In this document: positions 23,041 to 37,010 of the stretch, in pieces
Layout: every line of letters begins with the position of its first letter
Numbering within the stretch: the first letter of the stretch is position 1
Assembly (NCBI GenBank): GCA_035084275.1
Contig: CM068745.1
Coordinates: 51,708,001 to 51,772,000, forward strand
Length of the DNA: 64,000 nucleotides
Reading direction: 5' to 3'
Source: Hydrolagus colliei
Lineage: Eukaryota
Notes under the pieces: generated by a model
Told to the model about the DNA's origin: nothing
Seen by the model: only the letters and a program-made list of their open reading frames with translations
Databases searched by the model: none
Position numbers and translations under genes: made by a program

Positions 23041-26000
23041 TTATACTCCATAGACTCTACCTCAGATTCCTGTGGTCCTACTCCTTAGCCCAATCCCTTC
23101 ACTCTGCTAGCTCTGGTTTACTCCGCAATCCATACCCCACCGTCAGCAACATTTTTGAAAAATGTTCATAGGAAAATTAATAATTGAATAATTTTGCCTC
23201 CCAACAATGGACACAGCAACCACAACTCGTCAAACCACAAAAAAAAGTTTCCCCGAGTATCCTAGCCCACAATGCTCCCGGTAAAATTGATCACTTACCT
23301 CATAGCTGCTTGGGAAGTCCGCCTGACGTAAAAGCCATTATACAAATGTAATTTTGGTGTTGTTGTTTGTGGGGCATGGCTGGGTGCAAAATACACCAAC
23401 ACACTTTACAGAAAATCCTGTTGGGAGCTTTCAGTCATCTCAACAAACTTGCATACAATGCTTTATCAAATGCAGGAATCTTTTAATCAATCATTTAAAT
23501 GTATTTATTAATTGTATGAATGTAGATCTGGATGGTAAATTCTTGGGATATTTATGTAAAGATAACTGGACAGTTTGACCGTGGGTGGGGGAAGAATATG
23601 TGTAGTAAACCTTGCTGAGCTAAACAAATAAGAGCAGGAGGAAAGAAAATGGGCCTGAGTGAATGGATTTGTAAGTAAGGATCATGATTTGGATTGAATG
23701 GCTCATGTAGAGAAAAGCAGTGGACCAATCTATTGGACCAATAGATATTGTGCTTAACATTTTCCCCACAAAATACATAGCCAATCCAGTTTACAGTATA
23801 TTCAGTGAAGGGCTTTGAGACATCTCAATGATGTGATAAGGCTCCATATCAAATGCAAGGATTATTATTAATAATAAGATAGGATTCCTTGCAGTGAAAT
23901 TACTCAGAACAAACCATGTTCTCCACCCAGGATCTAGATCTAAAAACTGCAAGATGAAGACAAAAACAAGTTCAATTTGATTAAAAGTCATCCATTTTTT
24001 AAAAAAAATTAAATGCAAACACTGTTAAAATGATTCCTCAGTAAAATATCCAATGGTTCTCCCTGGATTGATTTTTTTTAAATGAAAGTCAGTTACTTTT
24101 AATTATATGTGTCAACAGAACTCTCTTTTGTATCTTTTTCCATAACATGTCTCCCACAAAAAGTTTATGCACTAGTTATGGGTTTAATCTGTTACTTAAT
24201 TTGAAAATACCAACTATCCAGCCCATGATAAAAACCCACAAGAAGCTGTTTTCAAATCACCCCTTTTCAGAAAGTTTCTAAAATATACAGAAGAGAAATA
24301 AAATACAACATATTCAATACTTATGAACTTAATTACAGGAATGACAACACTGCCCTAAAACAAGCTCAGATTCAGAAAGAACTCCACATAACAACATTGA
24401 CTGAATACTGTATTGAATGCCAACATTTGTGGTATGTGACATTCAAGCACCAGGCTACTACATCCGCTGGTGCTCTCCAGACTACAAATCTAGCCTCTGA
24501 AAAATGTCCAGACCTGCAACATTTATTGCAAGTCATTTGCTTTGTACATTTTGTGAACAATTACAGATGCTTCTATCGATTCAAAATGCCAGCACAGCAA
24601 ACTCATATAAAAACAATGTATTTTGCAAATCAGCTTACATACTTTGTTACATACTTCGGCAAAAAGGCATGTTATTTTCAATATGCGACATTACATTTAT
24701 TAATGAAGCAAACGTTTAAAGCCAAATCCAGAATAGCATTCTATTCAAAGAGTCGAGACCGAAATGTACTAAACAGATTAATGGAAACCTATGCTCATGA
24801 CAATGTTCTTGTAAATTAATTTGAATTGGAAAAAACTAACTTTAATGTATGCCAAGATCAAGGAAACCAAGTAAAACCACAATCTTCTTATGATTCCAGC
24901 ACAGGCCAGGAGTTTAATCAAGACTATCATGATGCCATTAAGCTGTTGAGCCATCAGACAAACTCAAAAACACATTATCATCAATCAGGATTACTTTAAT
25001 CAGTTTCAAATTGTGGTTCAGCAGTCCATCCACTTCGCCTTTTAAAATGTTTTGATTAGTACTGTGTAAATACAGCCTTCAAAACAATGAGTTCCTTATC
25101 CCTTGCTCAGAACTTCAAAAGGTCCTAAAATAATCAGGTCTCACAAAACTTTAGTTCAAAGGCTTTGTGAAGTTGCTTCTGTTTGATGCAGTGTCAGTGT
25201 GCATGATATCTACAAACACAATGCATTGAACCCTTGAAAATGATCAGATCTGCACTACAAGACATCATGATGAAATGCAGTACGTCACCACAACCCACAC
25301 CAGAAGTGATATCCTGCCTTTCCTGTGGTTGAACGAGTTACATTTACTGCTTAAAATGACCAACTTTAACTGATCCACCATGTTCACATAAATCATCAAA
25401 AAGGACCTGCAGAAAGATTGGATTTTTCCTAGAAGCCCAAATCTTCATTCACATATTTGTGAATACTTACAAATTATTCATTAGGCTATATTTATAAACT
25501 ACTGATTTGTTACTTAAAATCTTGCTTGTTTTAATGCAATCATTTAGATTTAGATTCCTGTAAAATGTGGTAAAATGCACTGCTTGATGAGGGACTGATC
25601 AACAGGTTCCAAGTTTGGTCTGTGCTGACAGGATGATCCAAGGTTTGTCTGATCTCTGGTCTGTGCTAAGTAAGCAATTGCCTGCAGGGACAGGCAACCA
25701 TCTACTTCACTGAAAAATGGATTAAAAAAATTGGTTAAGATTGTTGAATCAGATTCCTATCAAGGAACCAGGCGCAAGATGTATACACAGACAAACAAAG
25801 AGGTTAGGCTGCCTCCCACCATCAAATATGCCAACATCACCTTGACTCATGTGCGAGTAACACATCTCAAGAGGTGCCAATACTTGTGGAACCAAAACAC
25901 GACTTAAATCGTTGTCATTTCTACTTATCACAACTATTGTACGTATTTCACAAATAATCCAATGACCCGCTCTGCCTTCCCTCACCTCCGCAACATTGCC

Positions 26001-29000
26001 CAACTCTGTCACTACATCAACCTCAGGTCGCTGCAGCTCTCATTCATGGCTTAATTACATCCAGGCTTATTGTCTTCTCCAATTCCTCACTCCTGAATTC
26101 TGCAGCTCATGTCCTTTCCACAATCACCCCCATTCTTCCCTGACTCTGCTGACTTCCCATCACACAAGATTCAATTCAAGGTCCTGATCCTCACCTTCAA
26201 AGCCACACATGGCCTTGTCCCACCTGCGACCTTCTAGCTCTATGACCTCCTTCCTTGGCAATCCTGTGCAAAAAGTGATCAGAGCCACTTCCTGCTTTGC
26301 ATCACAATATTAAAACTCATCAATGAAGTGCACACAATTGATGCCAATGAAACTTAGCTATTCTATCATTTTTCTCCCTCACTGGCTGGAAAAATATAGC
26401 CGATCAAGAGCTCATATTACGTAAATACTGCACTGATAGCTAAATACAGTGCAGTAGATTTGAAATCAACTGGAAATGTTCTGAATTAGTTGAACCCAAT
26501 TCAGAGTATTGCAGGGAATTCTAGGGCCCAAACCCAAAGATAACTAGAATCCCATTTATTCACTTGAACTAGTAAGGCATATTTTCCTTTACCATTTACC
26601 CAGATTGTGGCAAAAAGAAATTTATCCCCAGGGGAAGGGGAGAGAGAAACACCATTGCGTCACTGAAAACCCTTTCTCTAGTTTAAATTAAGAAGAAATT
26701 CACGTTACATGTAGTCCTACACTTCTGTAGGGAAAAGCACACCCACGGGAGATAAGAATAGCAATCACCATAATTCTTTTTCCACCTCAAGAACCATTCC
26801 AAAAACAAAACTTATGACTCAAGCGCATCTTTTTTTTGGAGACGCAGAAATTTTAATCATCAGTACAAGCTTCATAAAAGTTTGCTTTATACACATGCTA
26901 CCTCACTTTAGATCAAAGTCCACCGAAGTGAGTGGTTATTTCAACCAACATGTCAAAGCAATGTGTGCATTTTGGTTGAAAGGATGGATAGGTCAAAGAT
27001 GTTGCCAACGTGAAGTAACACAGCATGTTAAAGCTTCAAGATCAGCACTCTGGAGAGGCAGTATAATGTTCAATGCTTGCATTCCACAGTGTTCTTACTT
27101 TTAGCAAATCTATGCATTATGCAGTGAAGCAGAAGCCTGCCACCTTTACCACAGGGCATACGGGTGAAACAAGTTTCAATTGGAACATCCTGGCATGTAA
27201 AACTACACACTGCAGTGAGGGAGACAACCATAACAATCATATAAAATAAAATTATTGAGAGGCTCGAAGTGACTCTGGATACATTTTTCTACCAAAGGCT
27301 CTATAAATTTGATTATTTGTGGAGTTTACATTGTATTGTTTATTCTGAAATCACAATTGCTTGATTTAAAAATGTCTTGCAAAATTTCTATTATTTCCAA
27401 AGTTTTCTAAACACAAATTTAACATTGAACATGTGCCAGCAACCCTTTGGTACACCTCATAGATGTTGCCTCTGTTTTCTGCTTACTTGTCTATGAATAG
27501 CTGAGAAGAATCTTGTATTTAGAAGGGGAAAACTTCTATTTCTCCAGTGGAAGCCACACAATGGAGAATAGAAAACAAATCCAGACAGATTTCTGAGGCA
27601 ACAATGGTAGTCCCACCCACTGCCTCAATGAGGAACTAATGCTGGGCATGAAATAATAATAACCCTCGGTATTGGATTTGGGGCCTGAAAATCTTTGTGA
27701 GATGTCTCAAGATTAAATTAAATGCAAGGGTCTGCTAAACAGTGTTGAGTTCCGTACCAACAACAATAACGATTTATATAGCGCCCTCCACACCGGGCGG
27801 AGTCTCAGAGCACTTGAAGCAGCCAGTAAACACCATTCCACTTGCTTCCAATTCAGGCCACATAATTAAACACTCTAATTTATAAACCGCATTACCTAAT
27901 AGTGCTACATTGTATCAGTTTTTAACCCAAGGAACTTTATTAGCCAAATCTAGCCATCAAGGAAGTCCAACTCACTGAGGCCAAATTCTAGCAATGCTCA
28001 AACAACCCTATTCTCCATGGAACACATTTTTTAAAAAAACATAAGAAACCATATCCAAGTCACTAAAAGCAAAATAATTCAAGATGTCTGGTGGTTCAGT
28101 TCACTAGCCTTTCAAGCAGTAGGTTTTTACTAAGAAACCAACATACAAATCTGAATAGGACAATGCTTCACACATGAGCAGTAATATCACTTTCATCAGT
28201 ATAGAGATGTCATAAAGTTTCTGAACCAAAGGGATTGTTCTTGCAGTTTGAAAATAAATGCTGTAAAAGATTTGATTTGAAAATGCAATCGTACTTCAAC
28301 ATTAATTAAGACTACCCCACCACTGATTTGTCAAATAAAACATCACTGAAATTAAATATTGGAAGATGAGATCTTTGAGTGGATATGCACAGAAAGGGCT
28401 ATTATATTATAGCACTTGGAATTCCAAAAAGTTACATGTTCACAGGAAATTATACAAAAGTATGTGTGTGTGGCTGCAACTGGAATGAAATCCAATCATA
28501 ATATTTTTATTGGGCAATGATTTGAAAGAGGGAGATTGCACATACACTGGATGAGGCAGTTTATACACAGACCTATGTGGCTCACTACTTGGAAGGTCAG
28601 CTCATATATGAAAACAAGTTTATTTCAATTACAACTGCACATATTACTAACCTCTAAACATTTAAAAAATGTTTTTTAGTCATATTTCTTTCTTCACTGT
28701 TGCTTTACATTCATAAGGATAACATTTCTATTTTCCCCAAACACAGCCTTGTCATCACTTTGCCAAAAAAAAGCTGAAGGTCCTTGGATCATAAACAAAC
28801 TTGTCGTTTTCTCTCTCTTCAGCAACCAGCTTAAATACAGTCATCACACCAAAGACATTGGGAAGGTTTCTCATTGGATATCTGGAGTAGCCTCCAGATA
28901 CTGTAGTGAATAATATATAATCATGGGAACCAGTCATTATTTACAAGTCACTAGAGGGACTGGAATTAATTAGTTTACAGTAGACATGTTACATAGTGCA

Positions 29001-29236
29001 CAATATTTACACTAACCAGGAAGTGCATGCACTCCCTACATTTTCCCACAAGACAAATTATTGTTCTAGCATGGTGCAGCAGATTGAATTTTAATGTACT
29101 GTATTTAAATACTGGATATTATATTAAGACAATTACAAAAGATTTGATGCCAATATTGACTATCTCATTCCTTTTTAAAAATTAAAACATCTACAAATAT
29201 AAGTGAATCTAAGAGTTTCTTTCCCTGAAGAGAATA

Positions 29237-30330
29237 CAACAACAAAATTCCATTTATATAGCGCCTTTCACTTTGGGAGGACGTTCCAAGGCACTGAATA
29301 GTTGGTGTTTCAGACCCGCGTTGGGGTCGGGATCAAAGAAAGTAGAGGGAATTGGGAAAACCCGGCGGTATGGTTGAAAAAGAGTCTTGGGGTAGGACTT
29401 GAAGGAGGCTAGGGAAGGGGCGAGGTGGAGGGATTGCGGGATGGAATTTCAACTGTTGGGTCAGAGTGGCTGAAGGCTCACCTGACAATGATGGGGCAGG
29501 AGATGTGGAACAACAACAAAAATGTATTTATAGAGTGCCTTTCACATTGAGAGGACATCCCAAGGCACTGAACAGACAGGTTGGGACCCAAGCAAGGGAG
29601 AGGGGCAGGGTAGGGAGGAGTGTTGGGAGAGTTAGGAGGGGTGGGAGATAGTTGGGAGAGCAGCGGAAGGCATAGTTGAAGAGAAGGATCTTTAGATCAG
29701 CCTTGAAAGAGGTGAGGGACGGACTGTGGGATGGAGTTCCAGAGTGTGGGGGCAGAGGATGAAAGCCCATCTGTCGATAGTAGAGCGGGTCAGGCGGGGG
29801 ACATGGAGCAGGCCGGAGCCCGCTGAACAGAGGGGGTGGGGAGGTTCATAGGGGACAGCAAGTCAGTGAGGCAGGGGGCACGGCAAGGCCGTGAATGGCC
29901 TTGATAATGAGGACGAGGATCTTGAATTCGAGCCATGTAACAGGCCATAGCCTGCTGGGTGAAGGGAATGGACAGGTTGGTAGGCAAACAAAAACAGAGC
30001 GAGCTGGGAAAACTCAGCAGGTCAGGCAGCATCTATAGAGAAAGGAAAGTGAGTCAACACTTCGGGTCCATGAACCTTCGTCAGAACTGGTTGGTAGGGG
30101 GTGAGGAGGTCACAGAGGTAGGGGAGGGCGGCAAGGACATGGAGGGCTTTGAAAGCAAGGACCAGGATCTTGAATTGAATCCTTTGTGTGGTAGGAAGCT
30201 GGTGGGAGTCAGGTGAGGATGGGGGATGCAGGAGAGGACACAGGTGCAGAATTCTGGATTATTTGCAGCCTATGAAGGGAGGAATTGGGGAGGCCAACAA
30301 GCAGGGAGTGGCATAGTTGAGCAAGTTAAA
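29237..30330 (-). mobile_element. Two or more tandem L2 3' fragments
   Basis: (CAA)n tails at 29237 and 29509, each followed by L2 3' sequence; contains the Penelope mini-insertion. Confidence 0.75.
29985..30088 (-). mobile_element. Short Penelope terminal-repeat unit with hammerhead-like motif, inserted in L2
   Basis: Homologous to 4760-4868; flanked by 10-bp direct repeat GGTTGGTAGG (29975-29984, 30089-30098). Confidence 0.82.
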
Positions 30331-32199
30331 CTTGGTGAAGTACCAAATCCCAGAGTTCCGTTAGCCTTTAGAATAGAAGACTTCACTTTTCAGAGCCTTG
30401 GGACATCCTCCCAATGTGAAAGACGCTCTAGAAATGTATTTTGCTGTTATTGTTGTTACTATGCTCATTTTAAGCCCCCCAAAGAACACAAACATTCAGT
30501 TCATAGGAGCTTTTGACACATGTACCACATTCCAGCTTTCTAAGGCATCAAAGACATTTTCCAACGGCTAAATTAGCATTGGCATTTGGCTTCACCAGCA
30601 TTTGAAACGAGAACACAAAAGATATATTCTAACACTGAATACTAAACAACCTGCTCTTTGAAACAATCTAATTAACAAAACATGACACATTGCAATGTAA
30701 ACCACATTAAACACACCCCAAATTCCAATGTCTAAAAGAACTCCTCTAAGACGGCTAGAGATATTGACTTTGTAGTGTAAAACACAGTTTCTCCCTCAAG
30801 TAGATGAATCTGTCTGACCGCATATTGTAAAAAACAAAAACTATTACAAAGCAGGTTACAAAACAAAAAAGGCACAATGAGTAGATAGTCATCAATATTG
30901 TCAACAATTTCTTATCAGTCCTCCCACAAAAGACTGAACAATTATTTAGGAAATGACCCACCCCACCTTTCCCGCTTTCCCCCCCAAACAAACCCCCAAA
31001 TTACACAATTGGAAAGAACGTTCAGAAATGAATAGCATTGAAGCTGTGCCTCTTCAATTGCATACTTCAAAGCAAAGACTAAATGTTTGTCAATAACAAA
31101 ACACGCGTAAATAGAATGAAACTATTCTATTGAAGATTGTGATCTGGTATTCAATTATCGAGAGTATTACATTACGATGGTCAGTTCATTAAATTCAGGT
31201 TGCTTCATTCTGGAATTCAATACCAACACAAAATAAGCCTGAAGTATTACGCATTTCCAGTATTTAAAAAAATCTGAAATAAGAGCTGCTTCTCAATAAC
31301 ATGCATTTGCATTATGCCCCTCACTCTGAGTAGCAATTAACATATTGGGTTATTTCTAATTATTCCCTACTTGGTGACTTCCTACTTCTGTGGGCTGTCT
31401 TAAGAAGATGATTTGCCATAAAAATCAGGGGACGAGATCAACAGGCAAAATTAACCTGAAACTAATCCGGAGCTAAGGCAGTGTCTTTCCCGCACACCAT
31501 CCTCTTAAGGCATAACCTTACTGTCAAGGGTAGAAACACATCATGTGGGCTATTAGAAACTCCACAACGTAACTAGATAATGTCTTTTAAATGCTGACAA
31601 CTTTCGATATACCGTAGTTCCCAATTGTTTCCCATATGTGTATATATATATGTAGGGCATTTGTACATATCTAGAGCTTCATATGTAACACTACTGCCTT
31701 CAAACCACACTTAGAGAACTGAAACAATACAACTTTACTAAACATTCAATTTTGAATGGAATTTTCTGGGGAAGTGGGGGGTGGGGGGGGGGAGAGAGAA
31801 GAGTAATTTGTCACTGAGCTGCCCCTGACAGTCACAACTCCAATCCCCAAATGAGTGAGATAGACATAGTTTCAGGTAAAGCTAATGTTGTGTGTGTGTG
31901 TGGGGGGAGGAGAAGAGGGAGAAATAATTTAAATTCCACTCAATCTTTCCCTGAATGGGAAACTCCAGGTAGCCATTTTCTGAAAATAAATCTTAAATCC
32001 ACAAAACGTACCATCCAATGCATCATCTAGTTTTAACTTAAAGCAGAACACAATGTGCTTAACCCCAGCAGCCAAACTGTGTGTGTGTGTGTGTGTATGT
32101 GTGGCTGGGTGGCTGGGAGAAGCTAATTTGCAACCTTTGGTCTCCATATATTAATGCAGCCACGTGTTGTGTACCGGGGGGGGGGGGGGGATCTTTTCG

Positions 32200-32900
32200 A
32201 GTGTCTCGCCTTACTTTAAAACAACGTTATTCGAAACGAAAACTGTTCGCAAAGTCCCGCGAGCTGACAGCCCGGGGTTTGCGGGGCCGCGCGGACTCAC
32301 CTCCAGCCATCGCCCAGCCTCGGAGAAAGCCAAGGTGTGATCGGGATCGCGCCGCTCCTTCCACTCCATCGCTGTGTGGACAGACACACGGTGAGGTCAG
32401 CCTGCGCTCAACACAAACACACACAAAGTAACGCCCGGGTGACCCGCGGGAGCTCAGCGGCAAACCGTACACTGACTCACTGACTGACTGACCGGTGCTT
32501 GCAGCCGGGGAGCAGACCGAACCGTGGAGGGGTGAACGTCAGCTCAGCTGGTGCAGCGACTCCCAGCCACACACACACACGCTCTGGGTGCAGAGGCGCT
32601 GGAAGTGTATGTGTGTGTTTTTTAATCAAAGCGTAATTTATACAGATAAATAACTATTCCCTGGGTGATGGACGGTTAGTTACGCCTATTTGCTGCAGGA
32701 TCCCTTCACCTAACCGTTCCCTCTTCCTCTGGTACTGGCTCAAAAAAATCAAGAGCTCCTCCTCTCGCAGGAGAGTAGCCCTTCCTCTTATATTGCATTC
32801 ACCTGACGCAAACAAGCCACCACACTGCTCTGCTCTCCCTGGCCACGAGTGCCCGGTCAACTGCATGAAAACAAAACACGCTGGCTGCTGGCTTACAGCT
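32200..32900 (-). promoter_or_regulatory. LMO7 promoter / 5' UTR, CpG-rich island
   Basis: Most CpG-dense non-repeat region; minus-strand TATAAAT at 32636-32642, ATATAAGA near 32786-32793, half-CRE TGACG 32804-32808, AP-1-like TGACTCA 32473-32479; no ATG between about 32610 and the start codon. Confidence 0.65.
32301..32369 (-). CDS. LMO7: LMO7 first coding exon: MEWKERRDPDHTLAFSEAGRWLE (start of the calponin-homology domain)
   Basis: ATG in strong context (GCGATGG), GAG|gtgagt donor; MEW...AFSEAxRWxE resembles the vertebrate LMO7 N-terminus; lies in a CpG-rich patch downstream of UCHL3, matching the known UCHL3-LMO7 gene order. Confidence 0.88.
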
Positions 32901-33812
32901 TGCATTGAAAGTAACGTCCCTTTTAAAACGCTAAAGTCTTGCTAAAGTTACTGCAACCTCACCACACCTCCTGCCAGCCAGTCAGCCAGTCAATGTGCTG
33001 TTGTGAGCTTAAGTTACTCCTCTCCCACCCAGCCTCCCCTCTCCTATGCCACACCGTCTCACAGGGCTATTTCTCACCTGCAGCCACTCACTCACCTGAG
33101 CCTCCAGCCTGCTTACCAGCTCTGTCAATATCCTCCTCTTTGCCCTTAAAAAAACATCCCACTCCACCTTAGAATATGTATCCAGCAGAGGGAGATAATC
33201 ATTGTAGGTACTGTATTTCATTGTAACTTCCCACCCACCCCCACTGAGAGAATGTGGATAATGAGGCATGTGAAGGGGAAATTAGGGCGACTGAGCTCAC
33301 AAACCGTTGGTTCAGCTTTAACTAGAATAAACTAATCCAAAAATAAGCAGAAAAAAGTATGATGTATTAGTTAGTAAGTGGAAAAGTTATTGGAACATTC
33401 AGGCAAACGCCGATGCTTTCATAATAATAATACTCCTTGCGTTTGATATCTTCTAGACGTGTCAAAGTGATTCACAGAAGGTACTGTAAAGTGAATTTAA
33501 TGTATAATTTGTTGGTGAAATGCACCAGCCAATTGTGCATAGCTTTCTTCTGGAGATGGGCATCAGGATATCTTCAGTGAAGTACTGTGTTTTGAAGCAG
33601 CCCCTGAAATGCAGTGTTACAGGGCTTCATGGAAGATAAAATACACCATTTGCTCTTCCCGCATTCTAACAGATTTTTCTTCTTCATTTTTCTAGTGATA
33701 GGGCATTAGTACTTAGGGTTGTATCATAGATTCATAGATTCATAGAATTTTACGGCACAAAAGGAGGCCATTCGGCTCATCTAGTCTGTGCCGGCTCTTT
33801 GAAAAGAGCGAT

Positions 33813-36715
33813 TCAATCCCACTGCCCTGCCCGCTCCCCATAGCCTAATAGACCTGTTCTCCCTAAATAAAGATCTAATTCCCTTTTAAAAGTTGTTATC
33901 GAATCAGTCTCCACCACCTTTTCAGGCAATGCATTCCAGATTCGAACAACTCGCTGAGTGAAAACATTTCTCCTCAGATCCCCTCTACTTCGCCTTGAAA
34001 CTATTTTAAATCTGTGACCACGAGTCACAGATTCGTCCACGAGTGGAAATAGTTTTTCTCTATTTGCCCTGTCGAAACCCCTCATGATCTTATAAACCTC
34101 TATTAGGTCTCTCCTCAATCTTCTCTGTTCCAGAGAGAATAACCCTAGCCTATCTAGCCTCTCCTCATAGCTGAAGTCCCTCAATCCTGGCACCATCCTA
34201 GTAAATCTTCGCTGCACCCTTTCCAATGCCTTCACATCCTTTCTGTAGTGTGGTGACCAGAATTGAACACAGTATTCCAGCTGAGGCCTCACCAAAGTCT
34301 TATAGAGGTTAGTCAGCACTTCCTGACTTTTGTACTCTATACCCCTATTTATAAAGCCTAGTATCCCATATGCCTTCTTAACAGCCTTGTCTACCTGTCC
34401 TGCCACCTTCAACGAGTCACTAACACAAATCCCCAGGTCTCTCTGTTCCTTCACACCATTTAAAATTGTACTATCTAGCCTATATTGCCTCCCTTCATTT
34501 CTTCTCCCAAAATGCATCACCTCACACTTCTCTGCATTAAACTTCATCTGCCATGTGTCTGCCCACTTTACCATTTGTCTATATCCTCTTGCAGAAAGAT
34601 ACTATCCTCCTCACTATTTACTGTTCTCCCTAACTTAGTGTCATCTGCAAACTTGGAAACTGTACTCCGTACACCCAAGTCCAGATCATTGATGTAGATT
34701 ACAAACAGCAATGGTCCCAAAACCGATCCCTGTGGCACACCACTGCTCACTTCCCTCCAGTCTGAAAAACAGCCGCTCACTACAACTCTCTGCTTTCTGT
34801 CTCGCAGCCAGTTGTGGATCCACGCTGCCACTGTCCCTTTTACGCCATGGGCCTTTAATTTCATAATAAGTCTCTGGCACTTTGTCAAATGCCTTTTGAA
34901 AGTCCATGTAAACTACATCAACTGCGCTACCATTATCCACCCATTCCGTTACCTCATCAAAAAATTCTATCAGATTTGTAAGGCAAGATTTGCCTTTAAC
35001 AAATCCATGTTGACTGTCCTTTATTAGCCTATATCTTTCTAAGTGAAGATCTACCTTGTCCCTGATTATGGACTCTAGAAGTTTGCCCACTACCGACGTT
35101 AGACTGACTGGTCTGTAGTTACCAGGCTTGTCCTTCTGCCCCTTTTTATACAAGGGAGTAACATTAGCTATCCTCCAGTCCTCTGGCACGACCCCTGTGT
35201 CCAAGGAAGATTGAAAGATCGTGGCCAGAGTCCCTGCTATTTGCTCCCGTGCCTCACTTAGTAACCTAGGGTGCATCCCATCCGGACCAGGTGACTTATC
35301 CACCTTGAGCGACGTCAACCTTTTTAGAACTTCCTCTCTGGTTATAATTATTCTATCCATTTCTCCTACCCTCTCCTCCAATACCATGGCATTGGCTGTA
35401 TCCTTTTCTTTTGTGAAGACAGAGGCGAAGTACTCATTCAGTACATCAGCCATGCCCTCTGCCTCCACAATGAGATTTCCTCCTAGGTCCCTAATTGGCC
35501 CCACCCCATCCTTGACCAACCTTTTACTCTTAATATGTTGGTAAAAAACCTTAGGGTTCTCCTTAATCTTACTCGCTAATTGTTTTTCATGCAGTCTCTT
35601 TGCCCCTCTAACTTCCTTTTTTAGTTCTATCCTACACTTCCTATATTCTGCTTGGTTCCCTTCTGAATTTTGAGCCTGACACTTATCATAAGCCTCTTTT
35701 TTTTGTTTTATTTTGGCCCCGATTTCCTTAGTCACCCAGGGAGGTTTGGATGCCTTACATTTCACCTTTGTGGGGATGCTTTTGACCTGTGCCTGAACTA
35801 TCTCCTCTTTGAACGCTGCCCACTGCTCGTTAGTTGTCTTACCTGCCACTTTTTCTTTCCAATCCACCTTGGCTAGGTCCCACCTCAACTCATTGAAATT
35901 AGCCCTTTTCCAGTTGAGTGTCCTCACCTGTGATCGTTCCTTATCCCTTTCCATAATTATTCTGAATCTAACGATATTGTGGTCACTATTCCCTAGATGC
36001 TCACCTACAGAAACCTGTTGAACTTGCCCTACCTCATTTCCCCAAACTAGATCCAGCAATGCTTCTTTCCTCGTTGGACTGGAAACATACTGATCAAGAA
36101 AGTTGTCCTGCACACACTTCAGGAATTCTTCTCCCTCCTTGTCCTTTACTCTACTATTCTGCCAGTCTATGTTGGGATAGTTGAAGTCACCCATTATCAC
36201 TGCTCTATTAGCTCTGCATTTCTCCGTGATACGCTTGCAGATCTGCTTGTCTATCTCCTCCCCACTATTTGGTGGTCTATAGTAAACCCCTAACAGTGTA
36301 ACTGCACCTTTTTTATTCCTCATTTCAAACCAGATAGATTCGGTTTTTAGTCCTTCTTCCACCTCGTTCCTTTCTAAGGCAGTCACTGAGTCCTTAACTA
36401 AAATTGCCACCCCGCCCCCTTTTCTCCCTTCTCTATCCCTCCTGAATACATTATAACCAGGAATGTTCAACTCCCATTCCTGCCCATGCTTGAGCCAAGT
36501 CTCTGTTACTGCTATAACATCATATCGCCTCGCAGCAACCTGAGCCTGCAGCTCACCAATTTTATTTCTCAAACTTTGTGTATTTACATACATGCACTCT
36601 AAGGCACAAATTACTTCCTCTGCACTTTTCTCCCGTCTTACCCTTACCCCTGTCCTCTTTGTTACCCCTCCCGTATCTGAACTACTGTTCAGTTTCCCAC
36701 CCTCACCCCCCGGGA
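33813..36715 (-). pseudogene. CR1 ORF2 (endonuclease + reverse transcriptase) broken by two frameshifts
   Basis: Motifs VTETW, YRPP, GDFN, SDH, KSPGPDG, NYRPVSL, DFQKAFD, GVPQGSVLGP, FADD across three consecutive ORFs; frameshifts near 34877 and 34573. Confidence 0.93.
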
Positions 36716-37010
36716 TTAGTTTAAAGCCCCCCCCACAAAACTCGACAACCTCCCTGCAAGGAGATTGGTTCCAGCCCTGTTCAGGTGTAACCCATCCATT
36801 TTGTACAGGTTCCACCTACCCCAGAATTGGTCCCAATGGTCTAGGAACCAGAAACCCTCCTTCCTACACCACTTCTCCAGCCATGCATTGATGTGCCTTA
36901 TTCTAGCATTCTGGAACTGGCTTGCTCGAGGCACTGGAAGCAACCCAGAGATCACCACTCTCGAAGTTCCACTTTTCAGTTTACTCCCTAGTCTCTGGTA
37001 CTCTTTGCAC
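36716..37010 (-). pseudogene. CR1 ORF1 C-terminal fragment (SGNH/esterase-like)
   Basis: SRVVISGLLPVPRA...NAWLEKWCRKEGFWFLDHW...DGLHLNRAGT, typical CR1 ORF1 end. Confidence 0.85.

Noticed and set aside
24397-24819. 140-aa plus-strand ORF
   Set aside because: Non-ATG start, AT-rich intronic composition, no homology recognised
1-32300. LMO7 exon 2 (AVT.K.F...DFR..LENGVLLC)
   Set aside because: Searched by eye on the minus strand and not found; probably lies beyond the window start, though a miss is possible
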